From positions 192,001 through 256,000 of the forward strand of contig CAVUVW010000017.1 of NCBI GenBank assembly GCA_963745035.1: DNA of 64,000 bases, in the 5' to 3' direction. Shown here in pieces: positions 18,333 to 28,584 of this stretch (position 1 is its first letter; each line of letters begins with the position of its first letter). The translations under genes and the position numbers were made by a program. The DNA comes from an uncultured delta proteobacterium. Its GTDB lineage: Bacteria > Desulfobacterota > Binatia > UBA9968. The notes beneath the pieces are model-generated. The model did not search any database and was not told the DNA's origin. It worked only from the letters and a program-made list of their open reading frames with translations.

Positions 18333-19325
18333 ATGAATTTCTGTCTGCATGGTTCGGCGCGCACGGTGCGCGAGGCGGTCGAGCGCGCGGTGCGCGCCGA
18401 GCAGCTTGGATTCGAGGCGATCTTTTTCGCCGACAGCCATATGAACAACGTCGATCCGTATCAGGCACTGGCGATGTGCGCTGTGAAAACGAAAAAAATC
18501 CGCTTCGGCACCGCGGTGACGAACATGGTGTACCGCGACCCGACCATCACGGCGAATTCGTTCGCCACCTTGAATGAAATTTCCGAAGGCCGCGCGATCA
18601 TCGGGCTCGGCACCGGCGACGGGCCGGTGTACAGTTTGGGCCGCACGGCAACGAAACTGATCGACTTCGAGAAGGGTCTGATTACGATTCGCGACTTGCT
18701 GCACGACCGCGGCATCGAGGTGCCGGACAGCAAGGAACGCTCGGGAGGAAACGTCAAGCTCAAGGCCGGAGCGCGCCCCGTGCCCATCTATATTTCCGCG
18801 GAGGGCCCGAAAACCCTTGCCGTCGCCGGCCGCACCTGCGACGGCGTCATTCTCGGCACCGGCTTCGACAAAGCCGTGACCGACTGGGCGCGCCAACGCA
18901 TCGGCGAAGGCGCGAAGTCGGCCGGCCGGCGCCTGGAGGAAATCGATATCATGCCGGCCGGCATGATCGTCGTCGACGACGACGGCGATCTCGCGCGCCG
19001 CCGGGTGCGCTCGCGCATGGCCAACCGCGCGCACCATAATTTTCGCTTTACCATGGAGACCGTTCCCGAAGGCGAAGCCGCGGGGGTCAAGCGTTTCATG
19101 GACAACTTCGATATCTCCAAGCCGATCGAAGAGCGCGTCGATCCGGATTTCGTCACCGACTATTTGCTCGAACGCTTCACCATCGCCGGCGCGCCCGAGG
19201 AGTGCATCGCCAAGGTGAAGCGGCTCGAGGCTGACGGCATCAAAAGAATCCTTCTGACGCCGCCCAACGCGATCTACGATCAAGTGATGGAAGCTTGGGG
19301 CAAGCGGGTGATTGCCGGATACTAA
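18333..19325 (+). CDS. LLM-class flavin-dependent oxidoreductase
   Basis: AEQLGFEAIFFADSH...IRFGTAVTN...GRAIIGLGTGD. Confidence 0.88.
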   Translation: MNFCLHGSARTVREAVERAVRAEQLGFEAIFFADSHMNNVDPYQALAMCAVKTKKIRFGTAVTNMVYRDPTITANSFATLNEISEGRAIIGLGTGDGPVYSLGRTATKLIDFEKGLITIRDLLHDRGIEVPDSKERSGGNVKLKAGARPVPIYISAEGPKTLAVAGRTCDGVILGTGFDKAVTDWARQRIGEGAKSAGRRLEEIDIMPAGMIVVDDDGDLARRRVRSRMANRAHHNFRFTMETVPEGEAAGVKRFMDNFDISKPIEERVDPDFVTDYLLERFTIAGAPEECIAKVKRLEADGIKRILLTPPNAIYDQVMEAWGKRVIAGY

Positions 19326-19413
19326 TTCGGGCAGAATCGGCGCGCGCATCGCGTTGAGTTCTCTGGCGCCGATGCTAAGCTAATCGAATTCATTCGTCGG
19401 GATGAGAGGTTCC

Positions 19414-20037
19414 ATGCGCATCGAATTATTTTTCGTCTACCTATTTTTTTCATTGCTCGCGGCCGCCGGATCGGCGCTCGCTGCGGAAAAGGCCAAAGAT
19501 GAGCGCGTCGTCAAGGATGGTCTGCTGATCAGCCTGGACTACACGCTCAAGAGCCCGGAAGGTAAGGTCCTGGAAACCAGCAAGGGGCGCGAGCCGCTCC
19601 GGTATATCCACGGGCAAAAGATGATGGTTCCGGGCCTTGAAAAAGAACTGACCGGCATGAAAGTCGGCGGCGAAAAGCATGTCACCGTCAAACCCGAGGA
19701 CGGTTACGGTAAAATCAACCCCAACGCCGTTCAGGAAGTTCCAAAAGAAAAGATTCCGGAAAATGCGCTCAAAGTCGGCGCCGTGCTGGCGGCTCGAAGT
19801 CCCGAGGGCGTGGTCGTGCCAATGACGGTCAAGCAAATCAAAGACAAAACGGTCGTAATGGACATGAACCATCCGATGGCGGGGAAAACCCTGGTTTTTG
19901 ACGTGAAGGTTGTCGACATCCAACCCGCGCCGCCACCGCCCTCGGCCCAACCTGCCAAGCCGGCGGCGCCGGCGAAACCTGTCGCGCCCGCAAAGCCAGC
20001 CGAGCCGGCGAAACCGCCGGAACCGGCGAAGAAGTAA
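19414..20037 (+). CDS. slyD: Second SlyD-type PPIase with signal peptide and Pro/Ala/Lys-rich tail
   Basis: SALA-AEK cleavage-like site; MDMNHPMAGKTLVFDV; PAKP repeats. Confidence 0.85.
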   Translation: MRIELFFVYLFFSLLAAAGSALAAEKAKDERVVKDGLLISLDYTLKSPEGKVLETSKGREPLRYIHGQKMMVPGLEKELTGMKVGGEKHVTVKPEDGYGKINPNAVQEVPKEKIPENALKVGAVLAARSPEGVVVPMTVKQIKDKTVVMDMNHPMAGKTLVFDVKVVDIQPAPPPPSAQPAKPAAPAKPVAPAKPAEPAKPPEPAKK

Positions 20038-20054
20038 CGCGCTGCGGAAAGATC

Positions 20055-20795
20055 ATGAATCTGGAAGAATTTGCCGCTCGAGTGAACACCGCGCAGGCAA
20101 TCGTCTTCTTTACCGGCGCCGGCATCAGCACCGAGTCCGGCGTGCCCGACTTCCGCAGCCCGGGCGGCGTTTGGACCAAGTATCAGCCCGTGCTGTTTCA
20201 AGATTTCCTCGCCAGCGAATCGGCGCGCGTGCAGCATTGGCAGCTAAAAAAGGCCACCTACGAGCTTTTCAAAACCGTCGAGCCGAATATCGCCCACTAT
20301 GCTATCTGCGAGTGCGAGCGGCGCGGCCAAATGCTCGGCCTGATCACGCAGAATATCGATGGCCTGCACAAGCTCGCCGGCACGTCGGAGGAGAAACTCG
20401 TCGAGCTCCACGGCACCGACCGTCTCGTCACCTGCCTCCAATGCGCCAAGCGCTATCAACCCGCCGACGTTTACGAAAATCTGGGCGAGACGTTCACCGC
20501 GCCGACTTGCGCCGACTGCGGCGGCTTTTTGAAATCGGCCAACGTCTCCTTCGGCCAGTCCATGCCGGTCGAAGCGATGCGCTGCGCGCAAGCGTGGAGC
20601 GAGCAGGCCGATGTCTTCATCGTGCTTGGCTCGTCTCTGCAGGTCCAACCGGCCGCTTCCTTTCCTGTCATCGCCAAGCGGTCCGGATCCCTCCTCGCCA
20701 TCGTCAACCGCGACCCGACGCCCTTGGATGAAATCGCCGACTTCATTCATAATGGCGCCATCGGCGATTTTTTTCGCCGGTTGCAAGCCAGTTGA
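20055..20795 (+). CDS. cobB: Sir2-family NAD-dependent deacylase
   Basis: GAGISTESGVPDFRS, TQNIDGLH, ELHG, two CxxC. Confidence 0.9.
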   Translation: MNLEEFAARVNTAQAIVFFTGAGISTESGVPDFRSPGGVWTKYQPVLFQDFLASESARVQHWQLKKATYELFKTVEPNIAHYAICECERRGQMLGLITQNIDGLHKLAGTSEEKLVELHGTDRLVTCLQCAKRYQPADVYENLGETFTAPTCADCGGFLKSANVSFGQSMPVEAMRCAQAWSEQADVFIVLGSSLQVQPAASFPVIAKRSGSLLAIVNRDPTPLDEIADFIHNGAIGDFFRRLQAS

Positions 20796-20838
20796 AGATC
20801 GTTTCCGTTCAAGCGCTTCAGGCAATCTTTCGTTCATC

Positions 20839-21693
20839 ATGCAGCTCATGCGCTTAGCCGATGTGCCATCGGATCATAGCCAGCGGGTATTCTATTACTC
20901 CCGGTTTCGCGCAGTCATCGGCGCAGCGACTATGATCACCGTCGCCGCCGGAGTTCTGGTGTGGGGTTGGTCCAACGACGTTTGGCTCGCCTATTACATC
21001 GCCGCGGTTCTCGTCGCTTTCTTGTTGATCTTTCAGAAACTCGTCACCGCCCGCTTTCGGCCGTCGAATTGGCTGTTGCGCATGACCGATCACGGTCTCT
21101 TCATAAAGTTTCGCTCGTATCTGAACAGTCACTTCGATGATCGGGATCTCGCGGTCGTGTTTCTCCCCTACGCCGAGATTCGCTCGGCGCGATTGGTGAA
21201 AGAGCGCCAGAAACTCCCCGACCAGGAAAGTCCCAACGCCGCCGGAACAACGACCAAAACACGGCGGGCCGTGGAACTCGAACTTGCCGCCGACTCAGGC
21301 GAGCTCGCCAGAGCGCTCGCCAGGGAACGCGAGCGCGTATTTGGCAAATCGGTTGTCGGCGTCGGAAGAATTTCCACTCGATATCAGCATCTGCCGGTTC
21401 GGATGGCGTCGCCGAAGCTCTTGCGTATCGATTGGGGCGTCGTTCCGAGTGTAAAAACGCTGCTCGATGCTCTGACGCGTCACACTTTAGTGAAGGACGC
21501 CGCCGCTGTCTCGAAAGACTTTGTCGACCTCGATAAGCTGGACAGGGAGCAACAGGAGGCTCGCCTGCTGGAGCTTGTCGAGTCCGGCGACACGATCGCG
21601 GCTGTGACTTTGGCGCGGAGACTCTATTCTTACGATTTGACGACCGCGAAGCGTTTTGTCGAAGAGTTGGTGCGCCGACAACCCGCGCCCTAA
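20839..21693 (+). CDS. Hypothetical membrane protein, possible L7/L12-like C-terminal motif
   Basis: Two TM helices; C-terminal GDTIAAVTLARRLYSYDLTTAKRFVE. Confidence 0.6.
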   Translation: MQLMRLADVPSDHSQRVFYYSRFRAVIGAATMITVAAGVLVWGWSNDVWLAYYIAAVLVAFLLIFQKLVTARFRPSNWLLRMTDHGLFIKFRSYLNSHFDDRDLAVVFLPYAEIRSARLVKERQKLPDQESPNAAGTTTKTRRAVELELAADSGELARALARERERVFGKSVVGVGRISTRYQHLPVRMASPKLLRIDWGVVPSVKTLLDALTRHTLVKDAAAVSKDFVDLDKLDREQQEARLLELVESGDTIAAVTLARRLYSYDLTTAKRFVEELVRRQPAP

Positions 21694-21703
21694 TCGTGAA
21701 AAT

Positions 21704-22300
21704 ATGGCGATAGAAACAATCTTGGAATTTTGGTTCGGCGAAGACACCGATGACAGCGTAGTCGCCAAGAACAAGTCCGCGCTCTGGTGGTCGAAGAATC
21801 CCGATGTCGATGCAGAGATGCGCCAACGGTTCGAAAGTTTCGTCGATCGCGCCGCCGCGGGCGAACTCTCCGATTGGCAGTCCAGTCCACGCGGCCGCTT
21901 GGCTCTGATCCTGCTCACCGATCAGTTTCCGCGAAGCATTTATCGCGATTCGCCGAACGCCTTTGCGTACGACTCGAAAGCTTTGGCGTGGTGCATCGAC
22001 GGAATCGATCAAGGCATGGATTTGCAGCTCCGGCCGATCGAGAGAGTGTTCTTTTACCTTCCGCTCGAGCACGCTGAGTCGCTAGAGCATCAAGACAGGT
22101 CCGTCAAGCAATTCCGTCGATTGCTCGACGAGGTCGGCGCCGGCCAGACAAAAGTATTCGAAGAGTATCTCGATTTCGCGGTCCGTCATCGCGATATCAT
22201 CGCGCGCTTCGGCCGCTTCCCGCACCGCAACAAGATCCTCGGGCGTGAACCGACTTCTGACGAATTAGCGTTTCTCGCTACGCCGGGATCCTCGTTTTAG
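21704..22300 (+). CDS. DUF924-family protein
   Basis: ILEFWFG...LILLTDQFPRSIYR...FFYLPLEHAE...RFGRFPHRN. Confidence 0.9.
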   Translation: MAIETILEFWFGEDTDDSVVAKNKSALWWSKNPDVDAEMRQRFESFVDRAAAGELSDWQSSPRGRLALILLTDQFPRSIYRDSPNAFAYDSKALAWCIDGIDQGMDLQLRPIERVFFYLPLEHAESLEHQDRSVKQFRRLLDEVGAGQTKVFEEYLDFAVRHRDIIARFGRFPHRNKILGREPTSDELAFLATPGSSF

Positions 22301-22303
22301 TAC

Positions 22304-23329
22304 TCATCCGGCGCTCGTGCCGGTCGGTTGAAGCAGGATCTTTCTCGACCCGCTCGCCGCCGCATGCTGGACCGCTTCCAAACCATCTTGCAATGAATAG
22401 ATCTTTTCGATGAGCGGCGTCACTGAAACCTGTTTTGCTGTGAGGGCGGCTAGCGCGTCCGGAAACGGTCCGCAGCGCGAGCCGATGACGTTGATCTCGT
22501 TAATGACGATCGGCGCGAGCGATACCCGGTGATTGCCGGCGATGGTGCTTTTGAGAATCAATGTTCCGCGCGGCCGCACGGCGCCGAGCGCCAGCTCGAG
22601 CCCGGAAGCGGAGCCCGTCGCTTCCACGACCACGTCGAATTGCCGCGGCCGCCAGTCGGTGAGTTGAATTGTGCGCACGCCGGCTTTCTTGATCAACGCA
22701 AGCTTATCGGCGTGCTTGCCCAGCGCAGTCACCTTCGCGCCGGTGAGCCGGAGCGCTTGCGCGCAGAGATTGCCGAGCTTGCCGTCGCCCAAAATCAACA
22801 CCTCATCGCCGGGATCGAGTTGTATCTGGGTGAGAATCTCGAAAGCGGCGGCCAGCGGCTCGGTAAACACCGCTTCTTCGTCGCTGACGTTCTCCGGAAT
22901 CTCGTGCAAATTGCCGGCGGGAACCGCGACATATTCCGCGAAGGCGCCGTCGGCGTTCAAAATCCCCATCACGCTGCGGTTCGGACAATGCCGGCTCAAG
23001 TCGCGCCGGCAAGAATGGCAGTCGCCGCAGCCAAAATTGATCTCGCCGACAACCCGCTTGCCGACGAATTCCTTCGGCCCATCGGCGACAGTGCCGACGA
23101 ACTCATGGCCGGGAACTCCTTTGAAGCCCATGTAGCCTTTGAAGATTTGCAGATCGGTGGAGCAAATACCGGCGAGATGAACTTTGACAAGCGCGGTTGG
23201 TTGGTCTTGGTTAACGGGGCGACCGCCGGTCGCCCCTACAATCGATTCTCCATTCTCAATCCTCGACCCCGGATCCGGATAAGCAGAATCGAGCTTCAGC
23301 TCATGGCCGTCCCAGTAGAGCGCATGCAT
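22304..23329 (-). CDS. Zn-dependent MDR alcohol dehydrogenase-like protein
   Basis: GICSTD, GHEFVG, CxxCxxC...C, GDGKLG. Confidence 0.9.
   Translation of the reverse strand: MHALYWDGHELKLDSAYPDPGSRIENGESIVGATGGRPVNQDQPTALVKVHLAGICSTDLQIFKGYMGFKGVPGHEFVGTVADGPKEFVGKRVVGEINFGCGDCHSCRRDLSRHCPNRSVMGILNADGAFAEYVAVPAGNLHEIPENVSDEEAVFTEPLAAAFEILTQIQLDPGDEVLILGDGKLGNLCAQALRLTGAKVTALGKHADKLALIKKAGVRTIQLTDWRPRQFDVVVEATGSASGLELALGAVRPRGTLILKSTIAGNHRVSLAPIVINEINVIGSRCGPFPDALAALTAKQVSVTPLIEKIYSLQDGLEAVQHAAASGSRKILLQPTGTSAG
23217..23239 (-). repeat. GTAG-type REP inside the ADH coding sequence
   Basis: GTAGGGGCGACCGGCGGTCGCCC on the reverse strand. Confidence 0.65.
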
Positions 23330-23344
23330 GGCCGGGTCGAAAGC

Positions 23345-24158
23345 TTAGCTCCGCAGCGCGCTCGCCCACTTGGTTTTCGGCCGCGGCACTAGTTCGCCAT
23401 CGACGTAAATGTCGCAGCCGCGTTCGTGGAAGAAGCAGAGTAAACCTTTGATCTTCGGGATCTCCGGGATCGGATTCATATAACCCCAAACGAGATCATT
23501 GAAAGTCTCGTTGCCCATTTTAACCGACCAGTAGGACGCCGGGCCCTTTGTACGGGCAGCGCGATTCGGTCGCGCTCGGCGCCAACATGTCCATGCGCAC
23601 GTCTTCCTGAGGAAGGTAGTAGCGCACCGGATGATTGGTCTCGAAGACGAGAGTCGGTCGCCTGCTGTCGGCAACCGTCTGCCCGTCGATGACCACGCGC
23701 ACGTGGCGCCTGCTCGGCAACGCGTCGACGCGCTTGAAGGGGTCGCGCGCGTGCTTGAAAATTTCCTCGTCTTCTTCCATCCATTTGTCCATCTTCGGCC
23801 AGTCGAACGCGATATGATCCTTGATCGCGCCGCCAGGTGACGTCGGATGGGGATAGCTCCAGGCCGCGTTCTCGGCGGCCTTGCCGCCGGCGCGAACCGA
23901 CCAGTAAGCCGCATCGCCTTTGACCGGACACTGCGTTTTGTATTCGCTCGGGGTGAAAAGATCGGTGCGCACATCTTCCTTGGGAAAATAGTAGGCGGGC
24001 AAAACTTCCGGCTCGCGCACGAGCTTTACTCGCTTGCTGTCGGCTATGGTTTCGCCGCCGAAGAACACGCGCACATGGCGCGGGCTCTCGCTCACGTGAA
24101 TCCACTGACCGGGATCGCCGTGGACCGGCACACGCTGTTGAGTGACGTTGCTTTGCAT
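23345..24158 (-). CDS. Tandem DUF427 protein, frameshift ~23540
   Basis: Two YY.P.EDVR...CP.KG.A.YWSV repeats. Confidence 0.85.
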
Positions 24159-24188
24159 AGCAACCTCCTTGATCGACCAAAGCAGAAC

Positions 24189-24274
24189 TCACCGCGGAGA
24201 CGCAGAGATCGCCGAGGAAAACGATTATATCAATAATTAGTCCAACCTCTGCGCACTTCGCGCCTCTGCGGTGA
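24189..24274. repeat. TCACC...GGTGA palindromic element
   Basis: tcaccgcggagacgcagagatcgccgagg ... ctctgcgcacttcgcgcctctgcggtga. Confidence 0.75.
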
Positions 24275-24298
24275 AAACCTTCGTTTCCGTCCTCGATT

Positions 24299-25249
24299 TT
24301 ACAGTTTTTTCAGCTTCTGCAGGCTGCGCAGCTCGCGCGGAGGCTTGAGATGCTGCCCCATGATTGTCCAGGACACCTCGCCGACGTAGATATCGCCGCG
24401 CGAGTCGATGGCGATTCCGTGCGGCGCGATAAATTGGCCAGGCTTCTCGCCGGCATGAATGTCGCCGAGACGCGCAAGCCGCTTGCCCGTCTTGTCGTAA
24501 ATGTCGACCCGGTTGCCGAGGTTCGGCGCGTCTTTGTTCACGCCCAGACCTGGACCCAGCTCGCCGACGAAGCAAATCGGATCGTTTTTCGTCACGTCCA
24601 TGTAGAGCGCGCACGGCCGATGCATGTTGTTCCACTGGGTCTCGTATTTGCCGCTGCCGTCAAAAACTTGCACGCGATTGTTCTCTCGGTCGGCGACGTA
24701 GACCCAGCCGTCCCTGTCGGTCACGACATTGTGCACGATATTGAATTGTCCCGGATCGGAGCCGGACTCGCCCCAGGACAAAAGCAGCTTGCCGTCGGGC
24801 GAATATTTGTGCACGCGCGAATTGCCGTATCCGTCGGAAACGTAGATCTCGCCTTTCGGCGAGAACGCCACGTGGGTGCAGCGATTGAACGGCTCGCCGC
24901 ATTGATAATTGGAGCAGCTCCCCGGCACTCCGATGGTAAGAAGGATTTTTCCATCGAGAGTGCACTTCCTGACCGTGTGATCGCCGTCGTCGGTGAGAAA
25001 GATCGTGTCGTCGGCGCCGATAGTCGCGCCGTGCGCGCGCTTGAACACCCCTTCACCCCAGGAGCGCAGAAAATTGCCATCACGGTCGAAAACGATCACC
25101 GGATGCTTGCCGCGGGTGAAACAATAAACCTGATCCTTCTGATCCACCGCCACCGCGGCGACTTCGTGGAACGTCCAGTCGTCCGGCAGCTTGCCCCAGC
25201 CTTCGATCACTTCGTAACGATAATCGCCGTTACCGAGTACGATGCCCAT
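24299..25249 (-). CDS. NHL-repeat protein (peptidyl-alpha-hydroxyglycine amidating lyase family)
   Basis: IYVSDGYGNSRVHK, VYVADRENNRVQVFD, PHGIAIDSRGDIYVGEV. Confidence 0.85.
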   Translation of the reverse strand: MGIVLGNGDYRYEVIEGWGKLPDDWTFHEVAAVAVDQKDQVYCFTRGKHPVIVFDRDGNFLRSWGEGVFKRAHGATIGADDTIFLTDDGDHTVRKCTLDGKILLTIGVPGSCSNYQCGEPFNRCTHVAFSPKGEIYVSDGYGNSRVHKYSPDGKLLLSWGESGSDPGQFNIVHNVVTDRDGWVYVADRENNRVQVFDGSGKYETQWNNMHRPCALYMDVTKNDPICFVGELGPGLGVNKDAPNLGNRVDIYDKTGKRLARLGDIHAGEKPGQFIAPHGIAIDSRGDIYVGEVSWTIMGQHLKPPRELRSLQKLKKL

Positions 25250-25293
25250 AGAACCTCCCTTGCGATCCTCGATCTTCGATTCTCTATCCTCGG

Positions 25294-25620
25294 CTATTCT
25301 CTTCTGCCTTCTGCCTCCGACTCGTAGACCTGCCGCCATCCTTCGAAACCGCCGCTCATGCTGGCGACGTTCTTAAATCCATTCTCGATCAAGAAGGCGG
25401 TGGCACCGAGGCTGCTGTTGCCGTGGTAGCAATACACCACGATGTCTTTTTCTTTATCGGTGTTCTGGAGAAAGTCCTGGATGTTACCGTCGTGCAAATG
25501 CAGCGCGCCCGGAATATGCGCTTGGCCGTAGGACGCCGGATCGCGAATATCGACGAATACCGATTCTTTTTGATCAAGCTTCTGTTTGGCGTCGTGAATC
25601 TGAATCTGCGGGATATTCAT
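25294..25620 (-). CDS. glpE: GlpE-like rhodanese
   Basis: VDIRD...HIPGA...CYHGNSS...SMSGGFEGW. Confidence 0.88.
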   Translation of the reverse strand: MNIPQIQIHDAKQKLDQKESVFVDIRDPASYGQAHIPGALHLHDGNIQDFLQNTDKEKDIVVYCYHGNSSLGATAFLIENGFKNVASMSGGFEGWRQVYESEAEGRRE

Positions 25621-25735
25621 GCCTGAGCTCCTTGCTCACTTGCAGCTTTCTATCAATCTCAATTTGCTCTGTCCACAGCGGAAATTTGCCGCCTTCATTA
25701 GTCCGCCGACCAATCAGTTGCTATAATCCGGCGCC

Positions 25736-26902
25736 ATGAAACTTTCTCCGATCGCCTATTTCGGCATGGCCGCTGTCTGCCAAACCGCCGGCTCGTCTGG
25801 AGCCGCCATGCTGGCACCGTTTTTCATGAAGGAACATGGCTATTCGATCGCTCTCGTCGGCATTCCCCTGGTCGCCAATGGCGTCGGCCGCGTTTGCTCC
25901 GATCTGCTGTCGGGCGTGATGGCGAGTTACGTCAGCTCGGGAATGTTGCTCATCGCCGCGGTCGTGATCGGATTTCTTATGAGCGCCGTTGGCTATCTTT
26001 TTCTTGACAGCATGCCGGTGTTTCTGGCCGTATTTACGATCTTCGGCCTCACCGAAGCGATGTTCGCGCTGTCTTTGCGAAAGATCGGCTTTGACTATTC
26101 GACACCCGAAAGCCAAGGAAAGGTGCAAGGCCAGATGGCTTCCGCGTTAGGCGTCGGCTTTACTCTCGGCCCGTTGCTCGGCGGATTCATCGGCAAATGG
26201 CTGGGGCCTAACGCACTGTTCTTGCTCTACGGCATGCCCGAGTTAATTGCGCTCATCCTGATCTTGTTCGGGGGCGGCCACCGGTATCGCCGCACCGTCA
26301 TGGATCCGTCAACAACCTTATGGCGCGAAGGCGTGAACCTGCTGCGCAAACCGGCTTTTCTCGCTTCTTGTCTTGCGGTCTGTCAATCGTTCTTTTTTCT
26401 CGTCGGCGTGACCCGCGTGGCGTTTCCATTCCTCGCCGTCAACCAACGCGGCATCGGCCTCGAGATCGTCGGCACGATGGTCGCGATCTCGCGTCTGACC
26501 GATACTTTCGGACGTTTTAGCGGCGGCCTGCTCGCCGACCGCATTCAAGCATCGCGCGTGATTCTGCTCGGCGTGGGCCTCGGCATCCCGATGTTCTTGG
26601 CGCAGATTTACGGCAGCGGATTTTTGACGCTACTGCTGCCGCTGGCGATCATGACCATGGGATTTGGCTTCAGCAACGTCGGCTCGACGACTTTGGCCCT
26701 GCAAGCCGCGCCGCCCGCTGCGAAAGGCCTGAGCCTTGGCCTGTCGCGCGCTTCCACCTCGGTGGGCCAGATGCTGGGACCGCTGCTGTGCGGCGTGTTG
26801 ATCGAAAAAATGGGCTACGAGCAGGGATTTCAAGCGATGGCGTTGATTTCGGCGGTAGTTCTAGTAGTAACTTGGATCGGCCTGAAACGAAAACCGGAAT
26901 GA
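25736..26902 (+). CDS. MFS transporter
   Basis: 12 TM pattern; GPLLGG, LADRI. Confidence 0.85.
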   Translation: MKLSPIAYFGMAAVCQTAGSSGAAMLAPFFMKEHGYSIALVGIPLVANGVGRVCSDLLSGVMASYVSSGMLLIAAVVIGFLMSAVGYLFLDSMPVFLAVFTIFGLTEAMFALSLRKIGFDYSTPESQGKVQGQMASALGVGFTLGPLLGGFIGKWLGPNALFLLYGMPELIALILILFGGGHRYRRTVMDPSTTLWREGVNLLRKPAFLASCLAVCQSFFFLVGVTRVAFPFLAVNQRGIGLEIVGTMVAISRLTDTFGRFSGGLLADRIQASRVILLGVGLGIPMFLAQIYGSGFLTLLLPLAIMTMGFGFSNVGSTTLALQAAPPAAKGLSLGLSRASTSVGQMLGPLLCGVLIEKMGYEQGFQAMALISAVVLVVTWIGLKRKPE

Positions 26903-26906
26903 AACC

Positions 26907-26979
26907 GTTCAAAGTTCAAGGTTCCAAGTTCATGAGGAGTCCGATTCGACCCTTGAACTTTGAACCTTGAACCTTGAAC
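26907..26979. repeat. GTTCAAG/CTTGAAC heptamer inverted-arm element
   Basis: gttcaaagttcaaggttccaagttc ... ttgaactttgaaccttgaaccttgaac between convergent genes. Confidence 0.75.
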
Positions 26980-26987
26980 GAATTGCG

Positions 26988-27779
26988 TTAGCGCAGTCCC
27001 TTATATTCCTCGCCGAGACCGAGATCTTTCAAATACTCGATGCTGTCGTTGGCATAGCCGACCTGCCCGGCTTTCTCCGCGCGCCAGGCGTCGAGATATT
27101 TGAGAATGTCGTCCAGCGGCAGCACGTCGGCGTACTTCTGGTTCATGTCGAAGAGATTGATCGCGTGACAGGCCTCGTGGCGGTCGAACACGCATTCTTC
27201 GGCGACGATCATGCGCAGCCGATTGGTCGTGCCGTCAACCACGCTGGCGCGCACGCAGCCGCTCGTGCTCTCGCCGCAGGTGAGGATCGTGTCGACGCCG
27301 AGAAAGTTGAGATGGCCGACCAGCGGCGTGCCCCAGAAAGCGCTCGGCGAGACTTTCTTGAAAACGGTTTCACCGGGAATCGGTTTGACTTGATCGACGA
27401 TATCATAGCGGCGGCGAAAGCGGTCCAACTCCTCCGCGCTCATGTTCGCGCGCTTCTTCTTATCGCGCCGAAAAGCCCAAGGCTCCACCGCCACGCCGTC
27501 CATACCCGTGACGTGAATAATGGGAATGCCGACTTCACGCGCTTTGGCGAGAAGCTTTTGAATGGACGGAAGCGCATTCCACCCAGCAAGACCGCAGCTT
27601 CCCGGCCACGTCTTGATCGCTTCGGTCACCGCCTCCGGCTTGTCGCCGAATACCCAGCGATAAAGATCGATCAGCAACAACGCCGGCCGCTCACCGAAGC
27701 CGATTTTCCGCTCTCCTCTGCCGACCAGGGTCGCTTTGTCTTGCTCTGTAAGAAATTTCTCCCAAACTCGTTCAGCCAT
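26988..27779 (-). CDS. Isochorismatase-family cysteine hydrolase (maleamate amidohydrolase-like)
   Basis: PALLLID, K..PSAFWGT, GESTSGCVRASVVD. Confidence 0.88.
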   Translation of the reverse strand: MAERVWEKFLTEQDKATLVGRGERKIGFGERPALLLIDLYRWVFGDKPEAVTEAIKTWPGSCGLAGWNALPSIQKLLAKAREVGIPIIHVTGMDGVAVEPWAFRRDKKKRANMSAEELDRFRRRYDIVDQVKPIPGETVFKKVSPSAFWGTPLVGHLNFLGVDTILTCGESTSGCVRASVVDGTTNRLRMIVAEECVFDRHEACHAINLFDMNQKYADVLPLDDILKYLDAWRAEKAGQVGYANDSIEYLKDLGLGEEYKGLR

Positions 27780-27895
27780 GAAACACCTCCATGATTTCAC
27801 GATGTGTCCCCTAAGATTTATCACCGTGTTGCTTCGACGGTCAAGGCGAGAAGTCTCTGTTGCCCCTGGGCTTTCGTTGGCGCTATAGTCGTCCC

Positions 27896-28504
27896 ATGAA
27901 AGAGCTCATACCGATTGACGTCAGAGGTATAATCGAAGAGGTCAAAGCCGAGGGGAAAACCCGGCGCGTGCTGTGGCAGGATTCCGAATCCATCGCTTTT
28001 TTGAGCAGCGGCCGCAAAGAGCGTTGGGATTTTCACATCGACCCGGCGGACGAAGTGACGTTGCAACTGACCGGCGTGCAGCATCTGGTCTACCGAACGC
28101 CCGACGGCCAAGAACAAACGGCCGACATCAAAGCCGGCCAGATCCTGCTCTGTCCCGCCGGCGTGCCGCATTCGCCGCGGCTCGAGGCTAATTCCTGGTT
28201 CATCGTTTTCGAGCGCAAGCGCCGGCCGGGGGAGATCGATTATTTTAAATGGTTCTGCAACCAATGTGGCGAGAAAGTCTACGAAACCTCCGCCGAAGTC
28301 GGCGATTACCGCGCCGATCCGGTGGGACAGGTCTACGAGAAATTCTCCAGCGACGAAAAGCTCCGCACCTGCAAGAAATGCGGCTACTGTATCCCGCGCC
28401 GCCACGCTGAATGGTGCGCTTTACGAACCCCAGGGATTTTCGCAGCACAAAATCGTCATCCTGAGCAAAGCGAAGGAGCTGCTTTTTGTTTTACTGACGC
28501 CTGA
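27896..28504 (+). CDS. 3-hydroxyanthranilate 3,4-dioxygenase-like cupin; 3' end may be extended by an indel
   Basis: R.DFHIDPADE, PAGVPHSPR, ERKR, WFCNQC...RTCKKCG. Confidence 0.8.
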   Translation: MKELIPIDVRGIIEEVKAEGKTRRVLWQDSESIAFLSSGRKERWDFHIDPADEVTLQLTGVQHLVYRTPDGQEQTADIKAGQILLCPAGVPHSPRLEANSWFIVFERKRRPGEIDYFKWFCNQCGEKVYETSAEVGDYRADPVGQVYEKFSSDEKLRTCKKCGYCIPRRHAEWCALRTPGIFAAQNRHPEQSEGAAFCFTDA

Positions 28505-28584
28505 TTGGCTGATCGCCATGAACAGCCTACATTAATCGACTAACCCAACTCGCATCCGCATACCGCGCCGCGGAGGAAGCGGTC

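Noticed and set aside
19925-20034. PAKP coding repeat as a DNA element
   Set aside because: Ordinary low-complexity protein tail
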